This document shows, one piece after another, positions 40,684 to 53,835 of a stretch of 64,000 nt of DNA; within the stretch, counting starts at the first letter, position 1, and every line of letters begins with the position of its first letter. The position numbers were made by a program, and so were the translations under genes. Source of the stretch: Octopus vulgaris. Lineage: Eukaryota. A model generated the notes under the pieces. That model searched no databases, was not told the origin of the DNA, and saw only the letters and a program-made list of their open reading frames with translations. The DNA is taken from assembly GCA_951406725.2 (NCBI GenBank), contig OX597821.1:116126001-116190000 (forward strand), in the 5' to 3' direction.

Positions 40684-42320
40684 TTTCTTTATTATCCATA
40701 AAGGGCCACACAGAAAGGACAGCACAAACATTGGGGACCCAAAACGTCACAGATACATAGATATGGATAAATGGATTATGAAAATGATAGATGAAAGCGA
40801 TGCTAACAGCCCCATCCGCTAGCATCACTTACCTGTCCTTCGGTCGTCAGTCCCAAACAAATCTCCCTTGCTCAGTCCCAAAATAATATACTTCTATCTC
40901 TATCCTTCTCACGAACTCCTCTTCCAATTCCTTCATCATCTCTTCATCCATTTTCACTTTACATATTTCCAAGTCCTCCCTTTCGCACCTTTCTATAAAC
41001 TCATCTACTTGTTCCTTTGCAATTACTGCGTATCTACTCCGTCCCTTATCACACCATTGGTAGTCTATCATTGTCTTTTTTATCTTCTCCTGCCCTGCAA
41101 TGCATAAAATGTTGGGCCTAGGTTCTTTCTTAGTGTCTTGGCTGTGTGTATCTTTTTTCTGTTTTCTTGTTGTAGGGGAGCGGGTGGGTTCACTGTCTGC
41201 AGGGAAAGGGTGGAACTCAGAGGGTGCGGGTGGTGTTGGGGTGGATTGGGGTTCCGTACTGTTTAATTTTCTCCTTCTCTTTCTTTTTTTCCTTCCTTCT
41301 TGCCACTCCTGCTGGACCTCCTCTTCTGTTGTTACCTTTTCTGTTTGGTTCTGTTCTTCTTCTTTAGTCTCTTCCACTCTTTGGGGCTCCGTCACACTTT
41401 CCTTTGGTGGGGGAGGGCAGTTGGCTCTTATGTGGCCTCTCAGGTCACACTTATAACAGCGCGGGGCTCTGCCCTCCAGACACACTCTCATGATGATGTT
41501 TCCCATTCTTATGCTTTCCGTTAACTTTTCCAGCGTTTCGGTCCCCGCCTGTACGTTCATATCCAGGGTAGCACCCCTCCAGCCTTCATATGTTATGGTG
41601 GCATGGAGGATGTCCACCTCTTCTTCATTTCCTTTAATTACAGCTGCTGCTATATATTCGCCTTCTAGGTGTGGGTGTATTCCCTCCACCCTGATTCGCG
41701 TGGTTTTCCTGTTCAAGTACGAAGGTAGCAGGTATATCTTATCCGTTCCTACTGCCTTGGCTGCCATTTTTCTTGCGATGCTCTCGCTCCTAAATTGAAC
41801 CGTCACTGTACCGTATTCCATGTCTCTTGTCAAATATACAATTTCCTCCTCTGTTGTTTTCAGCGTTTCTTCAATAATTTCCATGCTTACTATTTCTATT
41901 CTTTTCTTTCCGTTTGCATACACTCGATACTTGACGGTCCTGCGATCGAACCACCCACCCCGTTTTGTTGGTGGTGACAGTTCGACTTCACCGTCTTCCT
42001 TTTCCATAAATTCCTGGAAGCCTGGCAGCTTGACCAAGTTTATTTCTTTTTCTCCCGACTTCTTCTTCGTCCCTCCTGCATAAGTATTGCCCAGCTTTTC
42101 ATCCATACTTTTCACTGCCCTTTCCAACTCCTCTTCGGACGTCGATAGTTCTGATAAACTCTCAAACAACCTTTGTCTGGCCATCCCTCCCGTTAGGGAG
42201 GGGCAGTCCATTATCTCCCTGTCCGTCTCAACACAGACGGACAACAACCAAAAACCGTACAGCCAAAACGTTCAACAATAATAAATTCAACAATCAAAAA
42301 ATTCGCAACTCACATTAAAC
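40684..42320 (-). mobile_element. ORF1-only (half) Tx1-like non-LTR element
   Basis: Intact ORF1, then only ~165 bp of 3'UTR ending TGTCCTTTCTGTGTGGCCCTTTATGGATAATAAAGAAA; no clean TSD found; 5' boundary approximate. Confidence 0.75.
40847..42211 (-). CDS. Intact retrotransposon ORF1 protein, ~454 aa, CCHC zinc knuckle
   Basis: Uninterrupted frame; LLPSYLNRKTTRIRVEGI, LEGRAPRCYKCDLRGHIRANC, basic RKKRKRRRK tract; homologous to 29857-31130 and 20731-21060. Confidence 0.85.
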   Translation of the reverse strand: MDCPSLTGGMARQRLFESLSELSTSEEELERAVKSMDEKLGNTYAGGTKKKSGEKEINLVKLPGFQEFMEKEDGEVELSPPTKRGGWFDRRTVKYRVYANGKKRIEIVSMEIIEETLKTTEEEIVYLTRDMEYGTVTVQFRSESIARKMAAKAVGTDKIYLLPSYLNRKTTRIRVEGIHPHLEGEYIAAAVIKGNEEEVDILHATITYEGWRGATLDMNVQAGTETLEKLTESIRMGNIIMRVCLEGRAPRCYKCDLRGHIRANCPPPPKESVTEPQRVEETKEEEQNQTEKVTTEEEVQQEWQEGRKKRKRRRKLNSTEPQSTPTPPAPSEFHPFPADSEPTRSPTTRKQKKDTHSQDTKKEPRPNILCIAGQEKIKKTMIDYQWCDKGRSRYAVIAKEQVDEFIERCEREDLEICKVKMDEEMMKELEEEFVRRIEIEVYYFGTEQGRFVWD

Positions 42321-42329
42321 GGTTTTCTG

Positions 42330-42868
42330 AATTATCGATGAATAAGTGGCAGCATAATATCAGGTACTGAAGATTTTCAAGATTTTCACGTTTAAATAAG
42401 AAATGAAATCATTTTTAGTTAATCATGCAAATAATAGCAAATGGGAATATTCCACTGTGTAAAAAAATAATTTAAGATTACAGGTTCGTGCATAAGTGTT
42501 CATTGGATCTAATCATCTAATTGGACAGTATTTTCAAAAAGCTTTTATATTCTAAAAAAAATTATTTTAAAGTTTAAGAAAATTATAATACGCTAAATAT
42601 TTATACTTACAACATACTAAAATGTCTGTAATTACGATTTAAAAAAAAAATTACCATAATTTTTTCCCATTTTTAATGCATTTTTTGCTATTATATAAGG
42701 GAAGTAACTCTCTAAAATGTATTATTAAATCTCAGAACGTAAAAAGCTACAGTAAAACCTCCCTTTGTGGTTAGCCATATTGAGATGGCTATTATACTTT
42801 ACATCTCCAAAAATGCTTATATAGTTATTTCCCTTACAAACCCGAGCAACGCCGGGCGATACTGCTAG
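42330..42868 (+). mobile_element. Helitron-like 3' end
   Basis: Subterminal hairpin CCCG(agcaacgc)CGGG followed by CTAG|T at 42865-42869. Confidence 0.7.
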
Positions 42869-42890
42869 TATATATATATATATATATATA

Positions 42891-43370
42891 TAAAGTATAG
42901 AAGCCATCTTAATATGGCTAACCACAAAGGGGAGGGGGTGTTACTGTAGCTCTATAGCTCCAGGAGATCATCGTCTCCAGCTGGCTTTAGACACCATTTA
43001 GACACCTCTGCGCAGAGGTTTGAAAAGTTAAGATTTACAAATTGTTTAGATCAACACATGGTCTAACGCTCTGTGCATCTCGAATTAACAAAGGCGACTC
43101 GCTGATGAAACCGGCCTTAGCAGACATATTCTGTCTGTTTTGCTAGAAAGAGGTAGAAACTGATCAGTCCGGGATATATCGTTAATGGTAAATGTTTTTG
43201 ATTTTTACTCTCGATGAATTTATCCCTTTTTTGTGTCCCTAGCACTTGACATCCTTATTTGGGAGCCCTTAATTATATTTCTATATGAATAATATTTTGT
43301 CTAATGACTAATTCGTCTTTTGTGCTGGGCCACTGGTAGTAATCTATGTTATTACCCTTTTTTGATTATA
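42891..43370 (+). mobile_element. Penelope-like terminal repeat
   Basis: First ~95 bp recur at 56308-56412; contains a hammerhead motif; flanked by (TA)n. Confidence 0.55.
43098..43173 (+). ncRNA. Type I hammerhead ribozyme-like motif
   Basis: CTCG-CTGATGA-aACC...GGTa-GAAAC-TGATCA-GTC-CGGG; stem I CTCG/CGGG; palindromic stem III ACTGATCAGT. Confidence 0.7.
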
Positions 43371-43535
43371 TATATATATATATATATATATATGCTGTAC
43401 TCTTTCACCACTCTTTCTCTCACTCTTTCGTCTGTTGGCCTGTTCGCTTAGCCAGCGGGGTGGCGTCATTTGAAGGCTAAAACAATGCGAACGCATTGTG
43501 ACCAGCGGTGTGTAACAACATCTGATGGTCTGATA

Positions 43536-43598
<63 letters not shown>

Positions 43599-43683
43599 TT
43601 AATGTAGGATAACATTTTTTTCGAAAAAATTTTTATCAACGGCCAGCATATTAAAAAATCCCTTTAAAGGTTAAAATTATAAG

Positions 43684-43737
<54 letters not shown>

Positions 43738-44490
43738 TGTATGTATGTACGTGTATGTGTGTGTGAGTGTGTATGTATGTGTGTTTACACACGCATACAG
43801 ACACACACATACACATAGATATATAGGGTAAAGGGTAGGGGGTAAAGGGTAATGACCCCCTTCGATCATGAATGACCATGGGATTGCACCTAGAAAACTC
43901 CCATCCGAGGCACACGTCCGGAAAAGGCTGTTTATGGAAAAACAGTCTTTCATGCATACCAGCTTCCCCTCTCCTTGCCACCGATGTTATCCAAGGGAAA
44001 GGCAAAGGCCTATACAGTGACGTCGCAACTCATTTCTATAACTGAGTGAACTGGATTCCTACGTTCAATCCTTCTCAGAATATCATTTCACTGGCTTCTC
44101 TTTCTCGCCAATACCCCCGCAGGTGTTGACGTACAAAGATTCAAGACGAACATGAATAGAGTCAGTCCCACCTGTCTTGGAGCGCCTGTCAATAGTACGG
44201 GTATTGACTCTTTCTGGAAGCACAACAGATGAAAATTATACAGAATCTGATTCGGGATCATCAGATACTTATTCGTATCCGGTTCAACGCAAAGGTTGCT
44301 TGTGCTCCGTTGTCGCAATGTTCACGATAAACAATCCCTTTAGCTTTCAAGGACTAGATAACATTCTGAATATATCTCAAACCTCTTTGAGGAAAGGCTC
44401 GCAAACGTTTACAGGATGCTTGCAAAAAGGCCATGTCTTACAATAGAAGAGAAGCCAAAACATAGTCTCTTTTACCAACACACACACACA

Positions 44491-44554
<64 letters not shown>

Positions 44555-44556
<2 letters not shown>

Positions 44557-44958
44557 GCGGCTCCATTTAGTTTACGTCTACAAAATTCAATCACAAAGCT
44601 TTGGCACTTATTCTATCAGTCTCTTTTTTTTTTTTTGCCGAACCACTAATTACGGAGATGTTGATAAACCAATGCCAGTTGTCAAGCGGTGGTGAGGAAA
44701 AATCACAGACACAAGGAGACACACACACGTACACACAAACACACACACACACACACATGCACACACAAACACACACACACAGACATGTATATACAACGGA
44801 CTTTTTTCAGTTTTCGACTACCAAATTCATTCACAAGGCTTCAGTCAGCCCGATGTTATAGTAAAAAACATTTACGCAAAGTGCCACGCGGTGGGACTGA
44901 ACCCGAAACCATGTGGTTAGGAAGCAAACTTCTTACCACACAGCTACGCCTGCGCCTA
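44555..44958 (-). mobile_element. SINE family B (rearranged 3' end)
   Basis: GCCACGCGGTGGGACTGAACCCGAAACCATGTGG...CTTACCACACAGC. Confidence 0.8.
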
Positions 44959-45810
44959 TATGCTTACAGTTGTTTCATAATTTACTCCAAGTTACACCAT
45001 TAACTTGGATGTGTAGCTACATGCAAAGTACATACGCTGCGCACATACAAATTATATACATGTGTGCATACATACATATGCGCACACAACATTATTGTAA
45101 TACAGTAGTACAGTCATTTAAACATGCACAGCAAACAAAACTAATCTCGAATTCACAAACAATGTACTTATTAAAAGAAAGGATTTTGTTTTCCTTAAAG
45201 TTACCTCAACTTTGGAGAACTTTTGGTTCTCGACTTTATATTCCATTCTCATGTATATTTGGTACCCTTTCTGGAGGAGATAATTTCAATAAATCAAAAC
45301 TTTATCTTGTATGCTATTGGATATACCTTATTCATGTATGTTGTTTAAATACATACTACTGGCCACTCTGTTATTTCGCTTAGCTCGTTTTCATTTCATT
45401 TGCTCATACACACACATCTATACAAAATGAAAACTTGTCATGTGAAATAACTTAGAGTGGTCAGTAGTGTGTATTTGAACAACAATGATGAATAAGGATA
45501 TTATAATTAACATACCAAATAAGACCTTGATTTCTAGAAACCAGCTCCCTTTCGAGGAATTATTAGACTACAAGTATGTATGCGTGTGTGACAATTGGTA
45601 GAGCTTCATGACAATTGGTAACAAATCCAATACTTTGATATCGAGAATTATTTAGTCATATTTATCGAATTAGCGAGAATGCTAAATATAACTGAATGAG
45701 AGACAGTGAGAACAAAATAGATTGATAGGTAGACATGCAGACAGAGAAACAGGGATAGAGATAAAGAGAGGGAGGGAGGGAGATGGTGAGATAGTGAGCG
45801 AAAGAGAGGG

Positions 45811-45857
<47 letters not shown>

Positions 45858-45874
45858 ATATATATATATATAAA

Positions 45875-46050
45875 GGGAAAGTTTACGAAAATAAACAAAA
45901 GACGAAGGCAGGTGGAGTACAAACAAACAAATGTATTAGTAGAGCGCTCAGGAATAGAAATAGAAAAAGTCTTTTACGTTTCGAGCCTACGCTCTTCGAC
46001 AGAAAGATACAGAGAAAAAAAAAACAAGGAGAGAAAATAATGCGTGTAGG
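45875..46050 (-). mobile_element. Penelope-like terminal-repeat fragment with minimal hammerhead variant (45970-46007)
   Basis: Minus strand reads TCTTT-CTGTCGA-A-GAGC(gtag)GCTC-GAAAC-GTA-AAAGA; followed by (GA)n at 46070-46157. Confidence 0.65.
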
Positions 46051-46064
46051 AGCTAGAGAGAGAG

Positions 46065-46158
<94 letters not shown>

Positions 46159-46560
46159 CAGACAAATGGAGAATGAGAGGATGAAACAGCGGCGTAGAGA
46201 AAATAAATAAGATTGAGAAAAAGTGTAAGAGAATTAGACACGCAAATAGCGACTGGAATAGCATAGACTGGTAGAGGGAGGGTGAGATTTATAAGTAAAG
46301 AAAGAGTTTTTATAGCATGTGGATTATGATAGTCAGACGATAAGAGATGTTAATTGAATAAACTAGTTGGTATTTAGAATGTAATAGTAACAAACTGTAG
46401 ACTTAACGTGATGTATCATTAGTAGTACACTGTATATGAAAAAGGTGTAGTTGGTGTATGCTTAACAGTCAAACATGTAGTTAGTGTATGAATAAGTAAT
46501 AATTCTTGCAGTTAATAGCGGTTCATGTATTTATTATATGAGTTAGAAGTGGAGAATATA

Positions 46561-46865
46561 TATTTCTTTATTACCCACAAGGGGCTAAACGTAGAGGGAA
46601 CACACAAGGACAGACAAAGGGATTAAGTCGATTACATCGACCCCAGTGCGAAACTGGTACTTAATTTATCGACCCCGAAAGGACGAAAGGCAAAGTCGAC
46701 CTCGGCGGAATTTGAACTCAGAACGTAACGACAGACGAAATACCTATTTCTTTACTACCCACAATGGACTAAACACAGAGAGGACAAACAAGGACAGACA
46801 AACGGATTAAGTCGATTATATCGACCCCAGTGCGTAACTGGTACTTATTTAATCGACCCCGAGGA
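46561..46865 (-). mobile_element. Two tandem truncated SINE family A copies
   Basis: Tail repeats at 46561 and 46745. Confidence 0.9.
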
Positions 46866-46899
46866 TTCTCCGAGAATCCTCCTGAGGATTCTCAAAGTT

Positions 46900-47290
46900 T
46901 CCTGCCCTATCGTCCCGAAAGTTCTCAGAATGAGTCCCACTAGCTGCCTGAATTTTATTGTCAACTTAGTAGTATGTTCATGTCAATACTCAGGTCATGC
47001 ACTGATTGTGACGATCGGACTGCAATCCTTCCTGGTCCAATGTATTTCGTGTGTTTTACATTTAGCTTTGCCTACTGATAGTGTAGTGCGTGGAGCTTTT
47101 CAGTGTTATACTGCATATTATTGTCTTCAGCAAACTTATATCTCGCATTTAACACTTGTTGCTGGTGAATGGGATGTTCAGGGTTCTCCGAACCTCGTAT
47201 TTCATCTGTATAGCTTGTGAGGTGGTTTTCTAGTGCTTGAGCATATCTGAGAAAGCCACTATGAACTGTAGTGGCTCCAAGTCAGTGCAA
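46900..47290 (-). mobile_element. Probable decayed RTE-like RT fragment
   Basis: YKFAEDN (FADD-like) in a disrupted minus frame; weak. Confidence 0.35.
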
Positions 47291-47691
47291 TGTAGGAAAC
47301 AGCCTACAATTTGCGTTTCCTTGTATCTATATAGTTTCATATTCTTAATAGCTGCTTAATTTGTATAATATAGATTTTGTATTTAGATTTTAAAATAATA
47401 ATAGATTTTGGGATGCTACCATAGTTAACTTATTTTCATCAGAATTTGAACTGACGAGAAATAGAAGTTAGTTTGTGGTATTCCAGGAATATGCCTCATC
47501 TTCAGATATATATGTCACTAAATAAAAAGTCCGACTCAGAGAAAAAAATTGAGCATGAAATTGTGATTTATACTAGGGTTAGAGTTGGGAACAAAAACAG
47601 GACAGTGGAGACAAACAAGGATACCGAACGAAAGTTCGTTCGACCTGAACGTGGGTAAAAATAGCGAACGCTAGAGAAATATTTTCTTTAT

Positions 47692-48834
<1,143 letters not shown>

Positions 48835-49711
48835 CGGCGAAAAATTGTCATACTCTGGTCTGTTAATTGAGGGAAATGCCTACCGTAAAAGAAATAGCTC
48901 AGCAAGAACATCGGTTGTATTTATATACATTAAATAATTACTAAATATATAGAAGACCTAAAATTACATATGGTATTCGATCTATTTATTTATTTATCCA
49001 TTCATTTATGAGATTTCACGGAGAAAAATAAACGACAATTACCTCTCGTAAATAATCGCTCTTTAACAAATTCCCACAAACAATGAAATATATAAAATTT
49101 ATTTTGAACTCTTCCCATAATGACGTCTGGATTTATCGGTAGATTATCTGCAGCTCATATCTAGTTGGTATACTTGCGTATTATTTTCTGTTGAAAATAT
49201 TTTCATTACTAATAGCCGAAACCACCGAACGATAATCAAAGGCCAGGAGAAAAGACAACATACGTTTTTTATGAAGAATGGGTAGATGCAGTGAGAAAGG
49301 AAGTTGAAGCCTGTTCATTGTACCATTTCTTGAAACAATGCGTGAGAACATTAGCCGTGCTCAAAATGAATCAATACGTTGATAGTATACGACACATGTT
49401 TATATACGATTGCTTAGAATAGAAACTAAAATTACATATGGTATTCGATCTATTTATTTATTTATCCATTCATTAGTTAGCTAACTTGCTTGCAAGTATT
49501 TAAAGTAATCAACTTGCTTGTAAATATACAAACCAGATTTTACAAATTTAATACAAAAACCTTTGCTGTTTGAGTCATTAAGATGTTAGCAGAATGTTCT
49601 GCAGTTTGCATCTCATTTTTGCTGTTGTATTGTGTTTCTGACGAGGTCAAATAACTTTCAATCGATTACCACTGGTATGCAGATGTAATTATCTTGTAAG
49701 AGAAAAGGACG

Positions 49712-50136
49712 GGATCTTTTCGCTTTGACCAGCAGTTTTTTAAAATAATTTCCACCTAACTAAACACTTTTAAACTTCGTATACTGGTAGAATGTGTTAA
49801 TAAAACATCTTTATCTCTTGGCTTTATTGCGAAAATTCTATAGTTTGTAAGATATTTGTTGTTTTTTCTTCAATTTCTGCAATTTCAACCAATCAATGAC
49901 GTCTGTTGAGGTGAAAACATTCTGTGCCGTATGAATATGTCCCTCGTTTAAGAAACAGATTGGGTTTATTTACATTTCTGAAGAAAGAAATATACCCTTC
50001 CCCCTACCCCTAACCCTAACCCTAACTCTAACTAAAACAGATTGAAAAGCAATAGATCGATACTAGGGTTATAATTATGGGTGACAATTTCTTATGACAC
50101 CGCTAGAAAAAACTGCCGGTCAAACCGAAAAGATCC
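49712..50136. mobile_element. MITE, Merlin-like
   Basis: ~29-bp TIRs GGATCTTTTCG.TTTGACC.GCAGTTTTT; 8-bp TSD AAAGGACG / AAGGGACG; internal (TAACCC)n. Confidence 0.8.
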
Positions 50137-50470
50137 AAGGGACGCACTAAAAGTGACCGGTGTTTTTTTTTTCAGCTTTTTCAGTTAGAATGTTTCCAAA
50201 ATGTACCAGAGGATGGCGATAACGAAGAGTTCATGTTTGATTGGGTCGGAGTGATAGCGCTGAGATCTTCATCTTTCTGTAATGTATCCTAGTTGTGTCA
50301 AAATGGTCAGAGCCTTCACTAAACACAGCCGGGACACAGAACTGCATCAAGGAAATTTGTGAACGTAGCAGAACTCCTAGTGAAACACGTATTCACTGAT
50401 GGACAAGTAAAGAGAAAGGGCAAATGTTTTAAAATATTTAGTTTGTTTTCTGAACATTCTACAATATATC

Positions 50471-50680
50471 TATTTCTTTACTTCCCACAAGGGGCTAAAC
50501 ACAGAAAGGACAAACAAGGACAGACAAACGGATTAAGTCGATTATATCGACTCCAGTGAGTAACTGGTAATTTATTTATCGACCCCGAAAGGATGAAAGG
50601 CAAAGTCGACCTCGGCGGAATTTGAACTCAGAACGTAACGGCAGACGAAATACGGCTATGCATTTCGCTCGGCGTGTTAA
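50471..50680 (-). mobile_element. SINE family A
   Basis: Family consensus match. Confidence 0.9.
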
Positions 50681-50851
50681 CTGCCCATCACTCAAGAAGG
50701 TGGGCAAAATCTGTACCAGTAATAAATTATTCAATCAATTCAAAATGATCCTTTACAAAAACAAATCAATATTCTAATATATTCCTATATAAATTAATAA
50801 GTTTCTTTGCTAGAAATGTGAATTAAGACGTGAATGTTTGACTGAGCGAAA

Positions 50852-51020
50852 TATTCCATTTATTCTATTGTTTATTCCATTTATTCTATTGTTTATTCCA
50901 TTTATTCTATTGTTTATTCCATTTATTCTATTGTTTATTCCATTTATTCTATTGTTTATTCCATTTATTCTATTGTTTATTCCATTTATTCTATTGTTTA
51001 TTCCATTTATTCTATTGTTT
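50852..51020. repeat. 21-bp minisatellite, 8 copies
   Basis: (TATTCCATTTATTCTATTGTT)8, perfect. Confidence 0.95.
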
Positions 51021-51087
51021 TACGGTTGAAAGTTTAAAAACCTGTTTGAGTAAAATTTACGTATCATTCATCCAAGGTCGATAAAGA

Positions 51088-51315
51088 TTTTTACTTTTAC
51101 TTTTATTTTATTTGTTTCAGTCATTTGACTGTGACCATGCTGGAGCACCGCCTTTACTCGAGCAAATCGACCCCAGGACTTATTCTTTGTAAGACTAGTA
51201 CTTATTCTCTCTTGCCGAACCGCTAAGTGACGGGGACGTAAATAAACCAGCATCGGTAGTCAAGCGGTGTTGGGAGACAAACACTAACACAGACACACAC
51301 ACACATATATATATA

Positions 51316-51380
<65 letters not shown>

Positions 51381-51877
51381 AACCTTTACATAAATAAATA
51401 ACGTGAAATACACGAAGGGGCGAACAAAAAGACAAACGGGTCATTCAAAGCCTTCATTCTTCAGTCAGAAACTGATCCCTCATCGCAGATTTCGGCCGTT
51501 CAATTCTGAGATCCGCTCCGAATCAGCCAGCCACAGAAGGAAAGAATGCAACGCAACAGAGACGAAAATGAAACGAAAAATCTTTTTTGGAGACAGTAAC
51601 GGTTAAAAACATGGATGACACAGGCGCCCTACGGCTTTGAGACAAAAAGAGAGACACAAAAACAATATCAGCAAGCGTGGAAAAATAATTACCTTTTCGG
51701 TGATAAGACACGACGGGCTTCTTTCAGTTTCCGTCTACCAAATTCACTCACAAGGCTTTGGTCGGCCCGAGGCTATAGTAGAAGACACTTGCCCAAGGTG
51801 CTACGCAGTGGGGATGAACCCAAAACCATGTGGCTGGTAAGCAAGCTACTTACCACACAGCCACTCCTGCGCCTATA
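51088..51877 (-). mobile_element. SINE family B with foreign insertion (51380-51709) in its internal microsatellite; head carries an empty target site
   Basis: 3' half 51088-51310, 5' half 51710-51877; single TAAGCAAGCTACTT at 51838-51851. Confidence 0.85.
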
Positions 51878-52654
51878 ATAACCACTCCTGTGCCTATAAG
51901 ACTTCTAATATCAATCATTTTTCTTTGCCTCCTCGACAAAAAAAAAAAACTTTTACTGAAGAATCAATATCTGTTGATTATTAAGACTGTAGAGGTGGTA
52001 TCAAGTACGGGAGATGCTTTACTGTTCATAGATTATAATCTGTTAACACCTGGGGAAACCTCTGGAAGATGTGTCTGTAATATGATGAAATCCAGACGAC
52101 ATTGAGCAGAGGATTAACTTCTATCATTCCTTTAGTGATACATCAAAGGCCTTTGATTCATTGAACCATGATGCGCCTTGAACCATGATGTTGCCGGGTC
52201 ATAGTACTAGTGCATGTATATACAGCTACGTACGTGCGCACATACACGCGAGTACTGTCCAAATCTCCGACCAATCACATACAGCTAGCTGGCATTCAAT
52301 TGGCGTATCAAGTTTCGGGCATTTTTATTGGGTTTTGGATAGAAAATTCACAAAAAAGTCACTTCTTTTGATTTTTTAATGGCTTTGCCGGGTGACTGGG
52401 GAAATGTAAAGATGTGCACAACCACCATTGGACAGTTTTTGTATTAAATTTGTAAAATCTGGTTTATATATTTACAAGCAAGTTGATTACTTTAAATACT
52501 TGCAAGCAAGTTAGCAAACTACTGAATCGTGAAACAGTTATACTGTAATATGATGAAATCCAGTCGACATTGAGCAGAGGATTAACTTCTATCATTCCTT
52601 TAGTGATACATCAAAGGCCTTTGATTCATTGAACCATGATGCGCCTTATGGGTA

Positions 52655-52890
52655 ACTAGCACTATGACCCGGCGTTGCCGGGTCATAGTACTAGTGCATG
52701 CATATACAGCTACGTACGTGCGCACATACACGCGAGTACTGTCCAACTGGGGAAATGTAAAGATGTGCACGACCACCATTGGACGGTTTTGAATGACCAT
52801 AGAAAGTGCGAGCCCTCTAACTGAAAAATTGTGGATTTGTATAAAGGACACATACACAGACAGACATTTTCCCGTTTAAATATAGAGAGA
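52655..52890 (-). mobile_element. Short non-autonomous Helitron-like element (partial duplicate at ~52190-52434)
   Basis: 5' TCTCTCTATATTTAAA..TGTCTGTCTG; 3' hairpin ACTATGACCCGGC(gtt)GCCGGGTCATAGT and CTAG. Confidence 0.7.
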
Positions 52891-53142
52891 TTCATAGAAA
52901 AGTTTGATGTTTTGGTAAATTTAGAAATATATTCTAGTGTTTCATGATGATATGAGAATAATAATTGTAATTGCTGTGTTTTAAAACAGAATGAGAAACT
53001 GCCGTTACTGTCATTTTACACTAGCCTTCACCTTCAACTTGAGTGTGAAATGAGACGTTAGGAAACAATATCCTATTTATATAAAGAATCCAACCTCTGT
53101 GTTGTTTTAAGGTTGGCCTCGTTAGTTATAAGAACCAAAGTT

Positions 53143-53835
53143 GGATCTTTTCATTTTGAAGGCCAGATTTTCCTAGTTAACTAAAAAATTTGAAACTTCG
53201 TATACTGGTAGAATGTGTCAAAAGAAAACATTATTGTAAACAAAATTGAAAACAAAATTGTTATTCGTAACTTAAACGTAGTTTAATTTTTACGAATTTT
53301 AACCAATGAAATCCCAACATCTTCGAATTTTAACCAATGAAATCCCAGCATTGCTGCGTTATCGATATTGATAAAGAAATATAGCAGACGCCCCCCCCAC
53401 ACACACACACACACATTTGCACAAGCACATAGTAATTAATATATAAGCGTACACACACATACAAACGGACATATACATATACGCACACAAGCAAAAATAC
53501 ACGTTCGTGCTTTGCCACTTAGGCATATTATTGTTTTGTTTTTGTTGTTTTTGGCCCTTCAAAACCATGGGAGAAGCCTTTTCGGTAAAAAAAAATAAAG
53601 AAAATATTCAAAAAATATCGTTAATATTTTTATTAGGCGACGAAATTAATCGATTTAAGAGATATAGCTGTTATTTCTAGCACATGTAGAAGACAGAAGA
53701 CGAAGAGGTAAATAATTTGAGCTCGAATGCTGCGATTTCATTGGTTAAAATTCTTAAAATCAAACTACGTTTAAGTTACGAATTACAATTTTGTTTTCAT
53801 CATCCCCTGAAAGATATATATCAAGTGAATTTAAA
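53143..53835. mobile_element. MITE related to 49712-50136, right end truncated
   Basis: Starts GGATCTTTTC..AAACTTCGTATACTGGTAGAATGTG; long imperfect inverted repeat 53250-53313 / 53734-53798. Confidence 0.65.

Noticed and set aside
40847-42247. LTR-retrotransposon gag or domesticated Arc-like gene
   Set aside because: No LTRs, PBS or protease; its homologue at 20731 is linked to a non-LTR RT and it has a LINE-type tail
46861-46893. GAGGATTCTC-C-GAGAATCCTC palindrome
   Set aside because: Short and at a SINE truncation junction; most likely a repair scar
50010-50033. (TAACCC)n as telomere or fusion scar
   Set aside because: Only ~3-4 units and internal to a MITE
50852-51020. Regular 21-bp repeats as a CRISPR array
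   Set aside because: No spacers; plain minisatellite in eukaryotic DNA
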